Source of the DNA: an uncultured Candidatus Actinomarina sp.
GTDB lineage: Bacteria > Actinomycetota > Acidimicrobiia > Actinomarinales > Actinomarinaceae
Reading direction: 5' to 3'
Assembly (NCBI GenBank): GCA_902599555.1
Contig: CACKFQ010000001.1
Location: 83,204-147,203, forward strand
DNA: 64,000 nt
In this document: one piece after another, positions 18,585 to 28,026 of the stretch
How positions within the stretch are numbered: the first letter of the stretch is position 1
How the letters are laid out: every line of letters begins with the position of its first letter
Notes under the pieces: model-generated
Databases searched by the model: none
Seen by the model: only the letters and a program-made list of their open reading frames with translations
Told to the model about the DNA's origin: nothing
Program-made: the position numbers and the translations under genes

Positions 18585-19760
18585 ATGGGTGCAATAAATA
18601 TATCGAATGTTGGCAAAGTTTATCCAAACGGAACACGTGCTTTAGAAGATGTCAATATTGAAATCAATGACGGTGAGTTTGTAGTTTTAGTTGGCCCCTC
18701 TGGTTGTGGCAAAACTACTTTGTTAAGAATGGTTGCTGGACTTGAAGATATTACAGAAGGCGATATTTCTATTGCTGATAATGTAGTTAATGAGGTTGCT
18801 CCTAAAGATAGAGATATCGCAATGGTTTTTCAAAACTATGCTTTATACCCTCATATGTCTGTGTATGACAATATGGCTTTCTCACTTAAATTACGTAAAT
18901 TGTCTAAAGAAGAGATAGATAAAAAAGTAAAAGAGGCTGCCAAAACTCTTGAAATTGATGAATTGCTAGATAGAAAACCAAAAGCGCTATCTGGAGGTCA
19001 AAGGCAAAGAGTAGCTATGGGAAGAGCAATAGTTAGAAGCCCTCAAGCGTTTCTAATGGATGAACCTCTATCAAACTTAGATGCTAAATTAAGAGTTCAA
19101 ATGAGAGCTGAGCTAGGACAGCTACATGCTCAATTGGAAACTACCACATTATATGTGACTCATGATCAAGTTGAGGCCATGACAATGGGCGATAGAGTTG
19201 CTGTCATAAGAAAAGGAGTTTTACAACAAATTGACACTCCGAGAGAAATTTACTTATATCCAAAAAACATATTTGTAGCTGGATTTATTGGAAGTCCTTC
19301 AATGAATTTTGTCTATGCAACAGTAACAAAATCAGGAAAAAATATGAAAGTTAAATTTGGTGATAACGAAGTCAAAGTTTCAAATGCACCAGAAGCACTT
19401 GCTAAATTTGAGGGACAAGAAATTGTTGTTGGTATAAGACCTGAAGCTTTTGAAGACTCAGTTTATGCAAATGATAAAGAATTTAGTGAGCAAGTAAGTA
19501 TAGAAATTACTTTGCTTGAACAACTGGGATCAGATACTTATGTTCACTTTTATAAAGATATAAAGCCAGTACAAACAAAAGCAATCGAAGAAATATTGGC
19601 TGATGAAGGAGAAGATATCTCTGTATTAGGTACCCAGACTAAATTTATAGCAAGGATTAATCCAAACTCAACAGTTGAGGAAGGTCAAAAAATAAACTTG
19701 GCTCTTGATCCTACAAAATTACACTATTTTGATCCAGAATCCGGATTAGCAATAAGATAA
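18585..19760 (+). CDS. msiK: Sugar ABC transporter ATP-binding protein (MalK/MsiK family)
   Basis: Walker A GPSGCGKTT, LSGGQRQRVAMGRAIV, and a C-terminal TOBE/MalK regulatory domain. It is a stand-alone gene, as with actinobacterial MsiK. Confidence 0.85.
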   Translation: MGAINISNVGKVYPNGTRALEDVNIEINDGEFVVLVGPSGCGKTTLLRMVAGLEDITEGDISIADNVVNEVAPKDRDIAMVFQNYALYPHMSVYDNMAFSLKLRKLSKEEIDKKVKEAAKTLEIDELLDRKPKALSGGQRQRVAMGRAIVRSPQAFLMDEPLSNLDAKLRVQMRAELGQLHAQLETTTLYVTHDQVEAMTMGDRVAVIRKGVLQQIDTPREIYLYPKNIFVAGFIGSPSMNFVYATVTKSGKNMKVKFGDNEVKVSNAPEALAKFEGQEIVVGIRPEAFEDSVYANDKEFSEQVSIEITLLEQLGSDTYVHFYKDIKPVQTKAIEEILADEGEDISVLGTQTKFIARINPNSTVEEGQKINLALDPTKLHYFDPESGLAIR

Positions 19761-19761
19761 T

Positions 19762-21018
19762 CTAAAAATTAGAATCTAGTTCTTCTGTAATGTCTTCGAT
19801 TTCTCTGTAAGCTCTCTCTCTTCCAATATCAATATAGTTCTCTAAAGCAACCCATAAAGCATCTGCCCCAATTTTTCTTTCCATAAGCTCACTGGCATCA
19901 TATCGAAATGAATTATCACTCAACGATTTAACTATCAAGTCTCTCTCAACTGAAGTAATGGGGTTTGCAATATAATTTATATTTTTAATATTTGCAGGAA
20001 TGTAAGAAGAATCTGTATGGCTCATCCAGTTTTCTCCAAAACTTTCATTAATTAATTTATTAAAAACCAATTTCGTGTCTTCATCATAATTTAAAACAGT
20101 TAATACATCACCTATTCCAACAATTGAGTTAAGAGGTGATGGAAATTTAAAAAAATCGTAGTCAGTTTTGAATTGTTTATCTTTTGGCATATACAGGGTG
20201 GCATAATGACCTCCCCATGAAAATACACAACTGACCTCTTCGTTAAGTAAGTTTTTGTAATTATTTCTGAACTCTTTACGAACAATTCTCTTATGTGATC
20301 CATAAACTGCGTTTTCTGTAAACACTAGTTTTCCAATATTATTTATAGAATTTAAGATTGGTTTTTCTGATGAAAGGATTTCCTGGTTACTCCATTGATC
20401 ATAAATTTCAACTCCGTAGTTATTCAATATTATATCTTCTAACCAATTGGTAGCTATCCATCCTGTAGAAGCTCCACTTTCAATGTCTAAACACCATAAG
20501 TCTTTATTTTCTATTGAATAATTAGATGTGAATTCTAGAAGCTCATTGTAAGATTTAAATTTTGGTGAACCTATATCTTTGTATTTTTCCACACTATACC
20601 AAATTAATGAATTTGGGAATAATCTAAAAAATGCTCCATAATTTTTATCTGATATATTTGATGTTGTAATCTCTTGAAGGTGCTTAGAGTAATAACTGTC
20701 CATTGTTTCTTTTGAAACTATTTGATCCATTGACAAAATAATTTCTCTTTCACCTAAATTAGTAACTCCTTGAGGGTTTGGAATTATTGCAATATCAACA
20801 TCAGAATTATTTTCTATCAAATAAGTTTCTATATCAGAGTACGTTTCATATTTTATTTTTATACCAGTTGAATCTTCAATGTTTTTTAACTCTAATTCAA
20901 ACTTTTCTAAATCAGTCATTTGTGGGCCAGCAATAATGACATCAATTGGTTGGTAAGCAAAGAATGAAAAAGCTATTGTTACAAACAAAAATATTAATAA
21001 AAATTGCCTATTTACCAT
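19762..21018 (-). CDS. Divergent extracellular solute-binding protein paralog (family 1 SBP-like), membrane-anchored
   Basis: N-terminal TM/signal. The C-terminal segment LSDNSFRYDASELM...IGADALW parallels LSANSFRFDASDLM...VGAGSFW of the SBP at 24692-25990. It is AT-rich and diverged. Confidence 0.5.
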   Translation of the reverse strand: MVNRQFLLIFLFVTIAFSFFAYQPIDVIIAGPQMTDLEKFELELKNIEDSTGIKIKYETYSDIETYLIENNSDVDIAIIPNPQGVTNLGEREIILSMDQIVSKETMDSYYSKHLQEITTSNISDKNYGAFFRLFPNSLIWYSVEKYKDIGSPKFKSYNELLEFTSNYSIENKDLWCLDIESGASTGWIATNWLEDIILNNYGVEIYDQWSNQEILSSEKPILNSINNIGKLVFTENAVYGSHKRIVRKEFRNNYKNLLNEEVSCVFSWGGHYATLYMPKDKQFKTDYDFFKFPSPLNSIVGIGDVLTVLNYDEDTKLVFNKLINESFGENWMSHTDSSYIPANIKNINYIANPITSVERDLIVKSLSDNSFRYDASELMERKIGADALWVALENYIDIGRERAYREIEDITEELDSNF

Positions 21019-21902
21019 AAGTGCGCTGCGCCTCTAACTCCACTTGATGAGCCATGTTGAGCTTTTACTATTGGAGTCAAGAAAATGTCGGAAGCAAGGT
21101 AAGGGATAATGTTTTTTGGAATTTCATTATAAAGCTCATCTACGTCAGACATACCTCCCCCACAAACAATTACATCGGGGTCTAGAATATTGACAAAAGA
21201 ACTGAAAGCTCTAGCTGTTCTCTCAAAGTACACACTCATTATTTCTTTTGCTTCTTCGTCTCCACTCCTATAAAGATCTACTACCTCTCTAGATGATTTC
21301 TTAAACTTAGTTTTAAATTCATACCAACTTTCTAATCCAGGACCAGATAAAAATACTTCAATCGCACCAACTCTTCCACAATGCCTTTTTACAGATTTTT
21401 CATAGTCATCCATAGGCCCAGGAATTGGATTTTGCCCCCACTCTCCAGTTAATTTATTTGGACCAACAACAAGTTGTTTATTAACAACATATCCTGCTCC
21501 AACACCTGTTCCTAAAATAACCGCAAATACTGAATTAAAATCTTTTCCTGCACCATCTATAGCTTCAGATAAAGCAAGACAATCTGCATCATTAGCTATT
21601 TTTACTTCAAAACCCAACTTTTCTTCTAAATCTTTTTTTACATTTTGTCCTTCAAGTGCTTTTGTGTTTGATACCTGTACTAATCCTGTTTTTGGATGAA
21701 GAGAACCTGGCATTCCAATGCCTACTGTTATATCTTTTGTTTGTCCAGCAGTATCACTTATTAAGCCACAAACGGCATTTAATATTTTTTGATAATCATC
21801 TTTAGGTGAGTCAATCCTATTTCTTGCAAGTTCCTCATTGGTTATTGTATCCAAAGCTATGGCCTCTAGCTTTGTACCACCCCAATCAAGACCAATCTTC
21901 AT
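21012..21902 (-). CDS. ROK-family sugar kinase (N-acetylglucosamine/glucokinase-like)
   Basis: N-terminal GLDWGGTK ATPase motif, and an HCGRVGAIEVFLSG Zn-binding region resembling NagK. Confidence 0.7.
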   Translation of the reverse strand: MKIGLDWGGTKLEAIALDTITNEELARNRIDSPKDDYQKILNAVCGLISDTAGQTKDITVGIGMPGSLHPKTGLVQVSNTKALEGQNVKKDLEEKLGFEVKIANDADCLALSEAIDGAGKDFNSVFAVILGTGVGAGYVVNKQLVVGPNKLTGEWGQNPIPGPMDDYEKSVKRHCGRVGAIEVFLSGPGLESWYEFKTKFKKSSREVVDLYRSGDEEAKEIMSVYFERTARAFSSFVNILDPDVIVCGGGMSDVDELYNEIPKNIIPYLASDIFLTPIVKAQHGSSSGVRGAAHLW

Positions 21903-21903
21903 A

Positions 21904-22482
21904 TTATTTACTCAATTCAAAATTAAGACTATATTTCTCTATATTACTAGTGCCAATAACTTCTAAATCATTATTTTTATTTTGCTTCCAAATGTATGGT
22001 GCATCAGGGTATTCTTTGGCATAATCTGTTGCAACACCAATCAAAAACAATGTTTGATCAAAAGTTTCAACTTCGAAAAATCTTAAATAGTAGTGGTATA
22101 TGTCACACCTATCATCATTATCTTCCAAAAATTTACCAACTATAGAGTTTTTAAAATTATTTTTGTTATTTAATATAACTGAAAATTCCCCTGGTCCAAA
22201 ATCTTTCCATGAAGGTCCGACACAAACTCCTAGAAAGTCTCCTTCATAATCTTCTCTAAATTTCATATCAAAGATTAGTTTGTAATTTTTAATTTCATCT
22301 ACTTTTTTGGGGAAAGCTTGTATTGAAACAGTAACATTTCCATTTCTATTTTGTTCAACATCAATAGATATTCGAGTACTAATTAAGTCTGATCCCTCCA
22401 TTGATTCTATTTCGAACAAATGAGATTCAACGTTTGTACAAGAAGTTGTAAAAATTAAAAGAAAAATAATTAAGGGTCTCAA
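21904..22482 (-). CDS. Hypothetical lipoprotein
   Basis: Signal peptide with a lipobox-like FTTSC. No recognisable domain. It lies between the permease genes and the ROK kinase. Confidence 0.4.
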   Translation of the reverse strand: MRPLIIFLLIFTTSCTNVESHLFEIESMEGSDLISTRISIDVEQNRNGNVTVSIQAFPKKVDEIKNYKLIFDMKFREDYEGDFLGVCVGPSWKDFGPGEFSVILNNKNNFKNSIVGKFLEDNDDRCDIYHYYLRFFEVETFDQTLFLIGVATDYAKEYPDAPYIWKQNKNNDLEVIGTSNIEKYSLNFELSK

Positions 22483-23381
22483 CCCTTAACTGCTCCCCCT
22501 ATTAGACCCCTTATGAAAAATCTTTGAAGGCTAAAAAATACTGCCAAGGGAACAATCATTGATATTATTGCACCTGAAGTTCTTAAATGCCAAGCCTCAC
22601 CATATGCGCCAACAGCTAGTTGAGAAACATGAGAAGTTACAACAAGATTTTCTGGTTTGTATACACCTAAAAATACATTGGCAACAAGGAAATCATTGTA
22701 AACCCATAAAAATTGAAAAGTTGCGAACGCAGCTATGCCTGCAACTGATAAAGGTAAAACTAATCTAAAGAAGGTAGTCATATTACTTGCGCCATCAATT
22801 CTTGCTGACTCGATAACGCTTTTAGGTAGACTCATCATAAAATCCCTCAATAAAAACGTAGCCAATGGTAATCCAAAACCTGAATGGGCAAACCAAGTAG
22901 CTACAAATGTACCGTTAATGTCTAAAGCTGGAATAATTGGTATACCTAGTACTTCAATTCCACTCTTAAATAGCTGAACAAGGGGTATTAGAGACATTTG
23001 TAGTGGAATTATCATTGAGGCGACAACAAACAAAAATAATACTTCTTTACCTCTAAATTCCATAAATGCAAAAGCATAAGCTGCAAATGCAGCAATTGTA
23101 ATTGGAATAATTGTAGATGGTATTGTTACTGCAAATGAATTGTAGAAAGATCTATCTAAATTATCAGCAAAAAATATCTCAGAATAATTTGATAAAGTAA
23201 GCTCTGTCCAAAGTTTTCCTGTGTATATTGCATCCCACCAAGATTCCCTTTTTATAGCTTCGCCAGGTCTAAATGAGCTTAGTACAAAACCAAAAACTGG
23301 AAATATCCAAGTAAGTGCAATTGTAACTAATATCAATTTTGTAAAGGGTTTATCGTACCATTTTTGAGTTTGTCGAGTCAT
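22479..23381 (-). CDS. Sugar ABC transporter permease (MalG/UgpE-like)
   Basis: Six TM helices with the EAA-loop region ESARIDGASNMTTFFRLVLP. Confidence 0.8.
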   Translation of the reverse strand: MTRQTQKWYDKPFTKLILVTIALTWIFPVFGFVLSSFRPGEAIKRESWWDAIYTGKLWTELTLSNYSEIFFADNLDRSFYNSFAVTIPSTIIPITIAAFAAYAFAFMEFRGKEVLFLFVVASMIIPLQMSLIPLVQLFKSGIEVLGIPIIPALDINGTFVATWFAHSGFGLPLATFLLRDFMMSLPKSVIESARIDGASNMTTFFRLVLPLSVAGIAAFATFQFLWVYNDFLVANVFLGVYKPENLVVTSHVSQLAVGAYGEAWHLRTSGAIISMIVPLAVFFSLQRFFIRGLIGGAVKG

Positions 23382-24613
23382 GATTGTGTATTTTCTCTTT
23401 CCCTAATAGCAGTTCCAACAATGATTGGTAGTACACAGACAAAAATTAACACTGCAACTGTTGCCGATCTTCCAAAGTTTCTATACTTTGAAAACTCATC
23501 AAGCATTTTTACAGCTAACAAGTTAGTTTCTAAATCTCCCCTAGTAGAAACGTATATTATATCGAATGCTTTTAAAACAGTAACAACCATATATGTTCCT
23601 ACAACAATTATTGTGCTTTTAATATATGGGATAACAATAGATCGAAAGACTCTTAATTCAGAAGCACCATCAATTTGTCCAGCTTCCATTATTTCTGAAG
23701 GAATAGCTTTAATGCCTGCTGAAAAGACAACAGCAGCAAATCCCGTAAACATCCAAATCATAATAACCATTAGAAGCATTGTATTTACAGGAAGGTTTAT
23801 CAAAATACTGCTTACAAAACCATCTGGATTCAAGCTTTCAGTAAAAGGTAAGTTTGTCATATCTCTCTGTTGCAACCAACCGATAGGTTTAAGGCAGTTT
23901 GGGTCATCAAAACCATTAAAAACACCATCAATTACTCTGTTGTTCATGCATTGTGTGCCAAGGCTGTCAACAGAAACCCTTATTCCATTAATAATTCCGA
24001 TTTGTGTAAGCGGTGGTGGTCGATATTCATAAATAAATTTAAAAATAGCACTTGCACCTACAGCAGAAATAGCCATAGGCATAAATACTATTGATTTAAA
24101 AAAAGCTTCCCCCTTATTTAATCGATCAGACAGCCAACCAACTACAAGTCCTATAAATATTACGAAAGTTACAACAAAAACCAACCAAATTATCTGATTT
24201 CTAATAGTCACTAGCATTTCGGGATCAGAAAATGCCCATATATAATTCTCAAAACCAACAAAATCATTGCTGTATCTATCTTTAAAACTTATGTATAAAG
24301 TTCTTATTGCTGGATAAAAAAGAAAAAGTGAAATCATAAACAATGATGGGCCTGCAAACATTCTTGCCTCTAAAGATTCTCTATTTTCTTTTGGAGACAA
24401 TTTAATAATTTTATCCATGCCCCAAAAGAGCAGAAAAACAAATGTAGAACCAACAATTAGAGCAAAAACAACAAGTAAGTTTCTAGAAATTAATTCGGTT
24501 AGTTCCCTAAATAGAATTGCTTGAAATAAAAACCAAATCAATGGAAAAATTCCTAAAGCAAGCATAGAAATGCCAATCGATTTTAATTTTTCTTGTTGTG
24601 TTTGTTGCTTCAT
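23378..24613 (-). CDS. Sugar ABC transporter permease (MalF/UgpA-like) with a large extracytoplasmic insert
   Basis: TM helices plus the EAA motif EAGQIDGASELRVFRSIVIP. The ~100-aa loop between TMs is as in MalF-type permeases. Confidence 0.8.
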   Translation of the reverse strand: MKQQTQQEKLKSIGISMLALGIFPLIWFLFQAILFRELTELISRNLLVVFALIVGSTFVFLLFWGMDKIIKLSPKENRESLEARMFAGPSLFMISLFLFYPAIRTLYISFKDRYSNDFVGFENYIWAFSDPEMLVTIRNQIIWLVFVVTFVIFIGLVVGWLSDRLNKGEAFFKSIVFMPMAISAVGASAIFKFIYEYRPPPLTQIGIINGIRVSVDSLGTQCMNNRVIDGVFNGFDDPNCLKPIGWLQQRDMTNLPFTESLNPDGFVSSILINLPVNTMLLMVIMIWMFTGFAAVVFSAGIKAIPSEIMEAGQIDGASELRVFRSIVIPYIKSTIIVVGTYMVVTVLKAFDIIYVSTRGDLETNLLAVKMLDEFSKYRNFGRSATVAVLIFVCVLPIIVGTAIRERENTQS

Positions 24614-24691
24614 TCCAATTGTTTTATTTTAGCTTATAAAAGATAGCCACCCAAATAGGGTGGCTATCAATTTACTTAAAAAAGCCCTGGT

Positions 24692-25990
24692 TTATGGCCA
24701 AGATTTTTCGACAGTGTCTAATGCAGTGTCAATATATCCTGGACCTTCAACTGCTAAGTTCATCATTTCTTTCCAGAATGAACCAGCACCAACCTCTGGT
24801 GGCATTAAGTCAGACGCATCAAATCTGAATGAGTTTGCACTTAATGCTGCAGCGATTGTATCTCCAAGAATTTTGTTGATTGGAGCTGCATACAATGAAG
24901 TATCAAAACCAGTATGTGCACTTAATCTTGCATTGTCTGGTCTAGGAGCTACATTGTTGTAGAATTCTGCACTTAACATAAACTCTGCAACAGCTTTTGT
25001 TGCATCTCTATCATTAAATGCACCCCACATATCACCGCCACCTAAAGCAGCAGCTGGTAATGATGGATCAATTGAAGGGAATGGGAATACAGTTGTAATT
25101 GTACCCGCACCTTCTTTTTCACCTTCTGGCCAGAATCCAGTGATGAAAGATGCTTGTCTATGCATGAAACAACCTGGGTTGCCATTAGCATCTTTTGAGA
25201 ACATTGGATCTTGAGCATTACCGAAGTATGTTGATACGATAGCATCAGTACCACCAACAACATAACCATCTGTATGCATGATTTGGCTCAATAAGGTTGC
25301 AGCGTTTTTAACAATTGGATCATTGAAAGGCATTTCATGGCTTACCCACTTATCGTAAGAAGCAACACCGTCTCCGGTTCTAAGCATGATGTCTTCCATC
25401 CAGTCAGTTGCTAACCAACCTGACGCACCGTTTGAATACATACCAAAACAGAATGGATTCATTCCGTCAGCAACAATTTGATCAGCAAGCGCAATCATGT
25501 CATCCCAAGTAGTTGGAACTGTATATCCTCTTGCTTCGAATTCTGCTGGTTGGTACCAAACAATACTCTTAAGGTTAGCTGCATTAGCTCCACCATAGAT
25601 AACACCATCAACAGTTCCTAATCCTACAAGGTAGGATGAGAAGTTGTTTTGATACTCATCAAGATCAATATCTAGATCTGCGAGTGGGGTTAGGTATCCT
25701 CTATTAGCGGCATCGACAACAGCACCTGGCTGTGGCCATAATGCGAAGTCAGGTGTATCACCAGACTCCATTTGAATTTGAATTTCTTGCTCAAAGTTGT
25801 CAGAACCTTGATAGGAAACAATTATTCCTGTTTCCTCCATAAATGGTTCGAACGCAGCTCTAAATCCGTCTTGATCTGAACCGATCAAAGCACCTGTGAT
25901 TGTGACTTCTTCGCCTTCAAGGCTTCCGCCACCACAAGCTCCAAGAATTAGAGTTAAGAGTAAGAAACTAACCAATAATGGTTTCTTCAT
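24692..25990 (-). CDS. Sugar ABC transporter substrate-binding lipoprotein (family 1 SBP)
   Basis: Lipoprotein signal LILGACGGG, 432 aa, maltose/oligosaccharide-binding-like, at the head of the permease operon. Confidence 0.8.
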   Translation of the reverse strand: MKKPLLVSFLLLTLILGACGGGSLEGEEVTITGALIGSDQDGFRAAFEPFMEETGIIVSYQGSDNFEQEIQIQMESGDTPDFALWPQPGAVVDAANRGYLTPLADLDIDLDEYQNNFSSYLVGLGTVDGVIYGGANAANLKSIVWYQPAEFEARGYTVPTTWDDMIALADQIVADGMNPFCFGMYSNGASGWLATDWMEDIMLRTGDGVASYDKWVSHEMPFNDPIVKNAATLLSQIMHTDGYVVGGTDAIVSTYFGNAQDPMFSKDANGNPGCFMHRQASFITGFWPEGEKEGAGTITTVFPFPSIDPSLPAAALGGGDMWGAFNDRDATKAVAEFMLSAEFYNNVAPRPDNARLSAHTGFDTSLYAAPINKILGDTIAAALSANSFRFDASDLMPPEVGAGSFWKEMMNLAVEGPGYIDTALDTVEKSWP

Positions 25991-26007
25991 ATTTCTTTCC
26001 TTTGTGT

Positions 26008-26019
26008 ATACGTACGTAT
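26008..26019. promoter_or_regulatory. 12-bp perfect palindrome ATACGTACGTAT 18-29 nt upstream of the SBP start codon (candidate operator)
   Basis: Seen directly: ATACGTACGTAT is its own reverse complement, flanked by tgtgt/gc. It lies between the GGAAAG RBS region and the promoter of the sugar ABC operon. Confidence 0.5.
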
Positions 26020-26134
26020 GCTAAAAATAAAGGTATTTTTAGCTTCTTTCATCTTATTAATCTTGATAAAAATTTCTACAAAATATAGATATTTTTTTAA
26101 TTTCGACTTGAAAAAAATGCGAATAATAATTAAG

Positions 26135-26218
26135 TGCCCGGGGGGGGACTCGAACCCCCACATCCTTTCGAATAACGGATTTTAAGTCCGTCGCGTCTAC
26201 CAATTCCGCCACCCGGGC
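26135..26218 (-). tRNA. tRNA-Leu (anticodon TAA), type II with long variable arm
   Basis: Minus-strand sequence GCCCGGGTGGCGGAATTGGTAGACGCGACGGACTTAAAATCCGT...GGTTCGAGTCCCCCCCCGGGCA. It has a 7-bp acceptor stem, anticodon loop CTTAAAA and a TPsiC GGTTCGAGTCC. Confidence 0.85.
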
Positions 26219-26229
26219 TAATATCTAAT

Positions 26230-27129
26230 CTAATATTTTTTTAATATTAGACCTTCCAAAATATCACTATTTGAAACTTTAATTGAATTTACATTATATT
26301 TAGAAATAATTTCTTTTGCTAATAGTATTCCTGCTTGAATGGTCTTTGCTCTTTTTGGATCTAGTCCTCTATATTTTGTAATGATTTGTGGTTCATTTAG
26401 GTGTAATAATTCTTCATTTATTTTAAAAACATCCTTACTTTTTAACTCGGTTAAGTGAATTTCTTTCTCGTTAAAATTGCTCTGTTCTAAAAAAATTGAT
26501 GCAAGAGATGTAAATGTACCTGCTACCCCTACCAGCATTCTTCCAACAAATATATTTGATTCAAATAAGTTACTTTTTATGAACTCTCGAGCAGACAATA
26601 ATGATTTCTCTGAAGGTGGAAGTTCGTTGAAAAATAGTTCACTAAGACTTACAACACCAATATTAAGCGACTTTGAAATTATTTTTTTATCATGATCATA
26701 TATAAACTCAGTACTTCTTCCACCAATATCGATAATAAGAAAATTTTCCAAACTGCCTAAAGAATTTAAAACACCCACACTAGTCAATAAGCCCTCTTCT
26801 TCACCCGAGACAATATCAACTTCAAAACCAAATTTCTTCTCTATTAATTGTGTAATTTCTTCACTGTTTGTGGCATCTCTAAGAGCGGCTGTTCCAACAA
26901 TTTGAATATTTTCAATATTGTTATTGTTTATAGTTTTAAAATAACCCGAAAGTACCTTCAGCACTCGCTTTATAGCTTCTTTAGATATAATTTTTGTTTC
27001 TGATAATTTATCAGCCATTCTTGTAACTTGATGTTCTTTATAAATTGTAGTTATTGTGCCATTGGTTATATCTGCAATAAGAAGCCTTGTAGAGTTTGAA
27101 CCAAGATCAATTGATGCTGCTCTTACCAA
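26230..27129 (-). CDS. ppx: Ppx/GppA family exopolyphosphatase/guanosine pentaphosphate phosphohydrolase
   Basis: N-terminal AASIDLGSNSTRLLIAD actin-like ATPase motif, 299 aa. Confidence 0.8.
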   Translation of the reverse strand: MVRAASIDLGSNSTRLLIADITNGTITTIYKEHQVTRMADKLSETKIISKEAIKRVLKVLSGYFKTINNNNIENIQIVGTAALRDATNSEEITQLIEKKFGFEVDIVSGEEEGLLTSVGVLNSLGSLENFLIIDIGGRSTEFIYDHDKKIISKSLNIGVVSLSELFFNELPPSEKSLLSAREFIKSNLFESNIFVGRMLVGVAGTFTSLASIFLEQSNFNEKEIHLTELKSKDVFKINEELLHLNEPQIITKYRGLDPKRAKTIQAGILLAKEIISKYNVNSIKVSNSDILEGLILKKY

Positions 27130-27641
27130 ATTACTTTCCAGTTTTTGTTTTTTTCAAATGTCTCTGGATTTATACATACTTCTTCACAATTAAAACTCCC
27201 TATAGATTCCACAACAATTTTTCCTATTGCATTCTTTCCAGTCGAAAGTTCATCAGCAGTATGAGAATGTAAACATTTAATAGATTCTGTAGCACCGCCT
27301 ACCCCACCTGTAGCTTGTGGCCCATAATTTTCATTAACTAACTCTTCTCTTTCAGCTTGATATGACTTCTGTCGAGACTTCCACTTTTCTTTAAGGTCAG
27401 GATTGTTTTCTAATTCTTTATCTAATTCTTTTATAAGTCCTTGCGATTCTAAAGATCCAATTTTTTTACTGTACATGGGACAAGTAAGCCAATATGTTGT
27501 CGGAAATGGAGTTCCATCATTTAATTTTGGAGGAACTTTTATGACTGCCGGAATATCAAGATGACATCTACAAGATACTTCTGAATCACTTCTGAGCTCT
27601 CTGCCAATTTGTTGCTGAACGATTCTGGAATCGCTATTCAC
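27123..27641 (-). CDS. DUF501-family protein
   Basis: Conserved actinobacterial position between the septum-formation gene and ppx. It has a Cys/His-rich core. Confidence 0.55.
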   Translation of the reverse strand: MNSDSRIVQQQIGRELRSDSEVSCRCHLDIPAVIKVPPKLNDGTPFPTTYWLTCPMYSKKIGSLESQGLIKELDKELENNPDLKEKWKSRQKSYQAEREELVNENYGPQATGGVGGATESIKCLHSHTADELSTGKNAIGKIVVESIGSFNCEEVCINPETFEKNKNWKVIW

Positions 27642-28026
27642 CTTCTTTACCGACCACGTAATCTATTACATACTCAATTAAACTTTTGCCTCTGTCTGAC
27701 TTTAAGGTTTCTTCAATTGGAGTTACTGGTTCAGGAACTTCAAATCTATATAAAACTTCACCTTGTTCTCCATAACCTCTTTGTCTGAGAATTAATTCAG
27801 CTTTTTCTGGATCATCTAAGTCTGAAATTTGTTGATTCCAATCATCTATTTGATTTTGCAATACAACAATTTCTTCCTGCCTGTCCTCTAATGAGTTTTG
27901 TAGAACTTTTAATTTGTCATAACTTTCCTGATAAGTATCAAATAAAAAGAAGAGGAATGAAGAAATTAATGTAAAAATTAACAATCTGGAAAATATATTA
28001 TTACCTACAGTTTTTAAACTTGCCAT
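27634..28026 (-). CDS. Septum formation initiator family protein (FtsB/DivIC-like)
   Basis: N-terminal TM helix, then a coiled-coil (LQNSLEDRQEEIVVLQNQIDDWNQQISDL). It lies downstream of eno as in actinobacteria. Confidence 0.65.
   Translation of the reverse strand: MASLKTVGNNIFSRLLIFTLISSFLFFLFDTYQESYDKLKVLQNSLEDRQEEIVVLQNQIDDWNQQISDLDDPEKAELILRQRGYGEQGEVLYRFEVPEPVTPIEETLKSDRGKSLIEYVIDYVVGKEGE

Noticed and set aside
26100-26230. Possible genomic island or integration at tRNA-Leu (and at tRNA-Arg, 37903-37975)
   Set aside because: No integrase, transposase, direct repeat of the tRNA 3' end or phage genes flank either tRNA. The neighbours are conserved housekeeping genes (ppx and the ABC-2 transporter).
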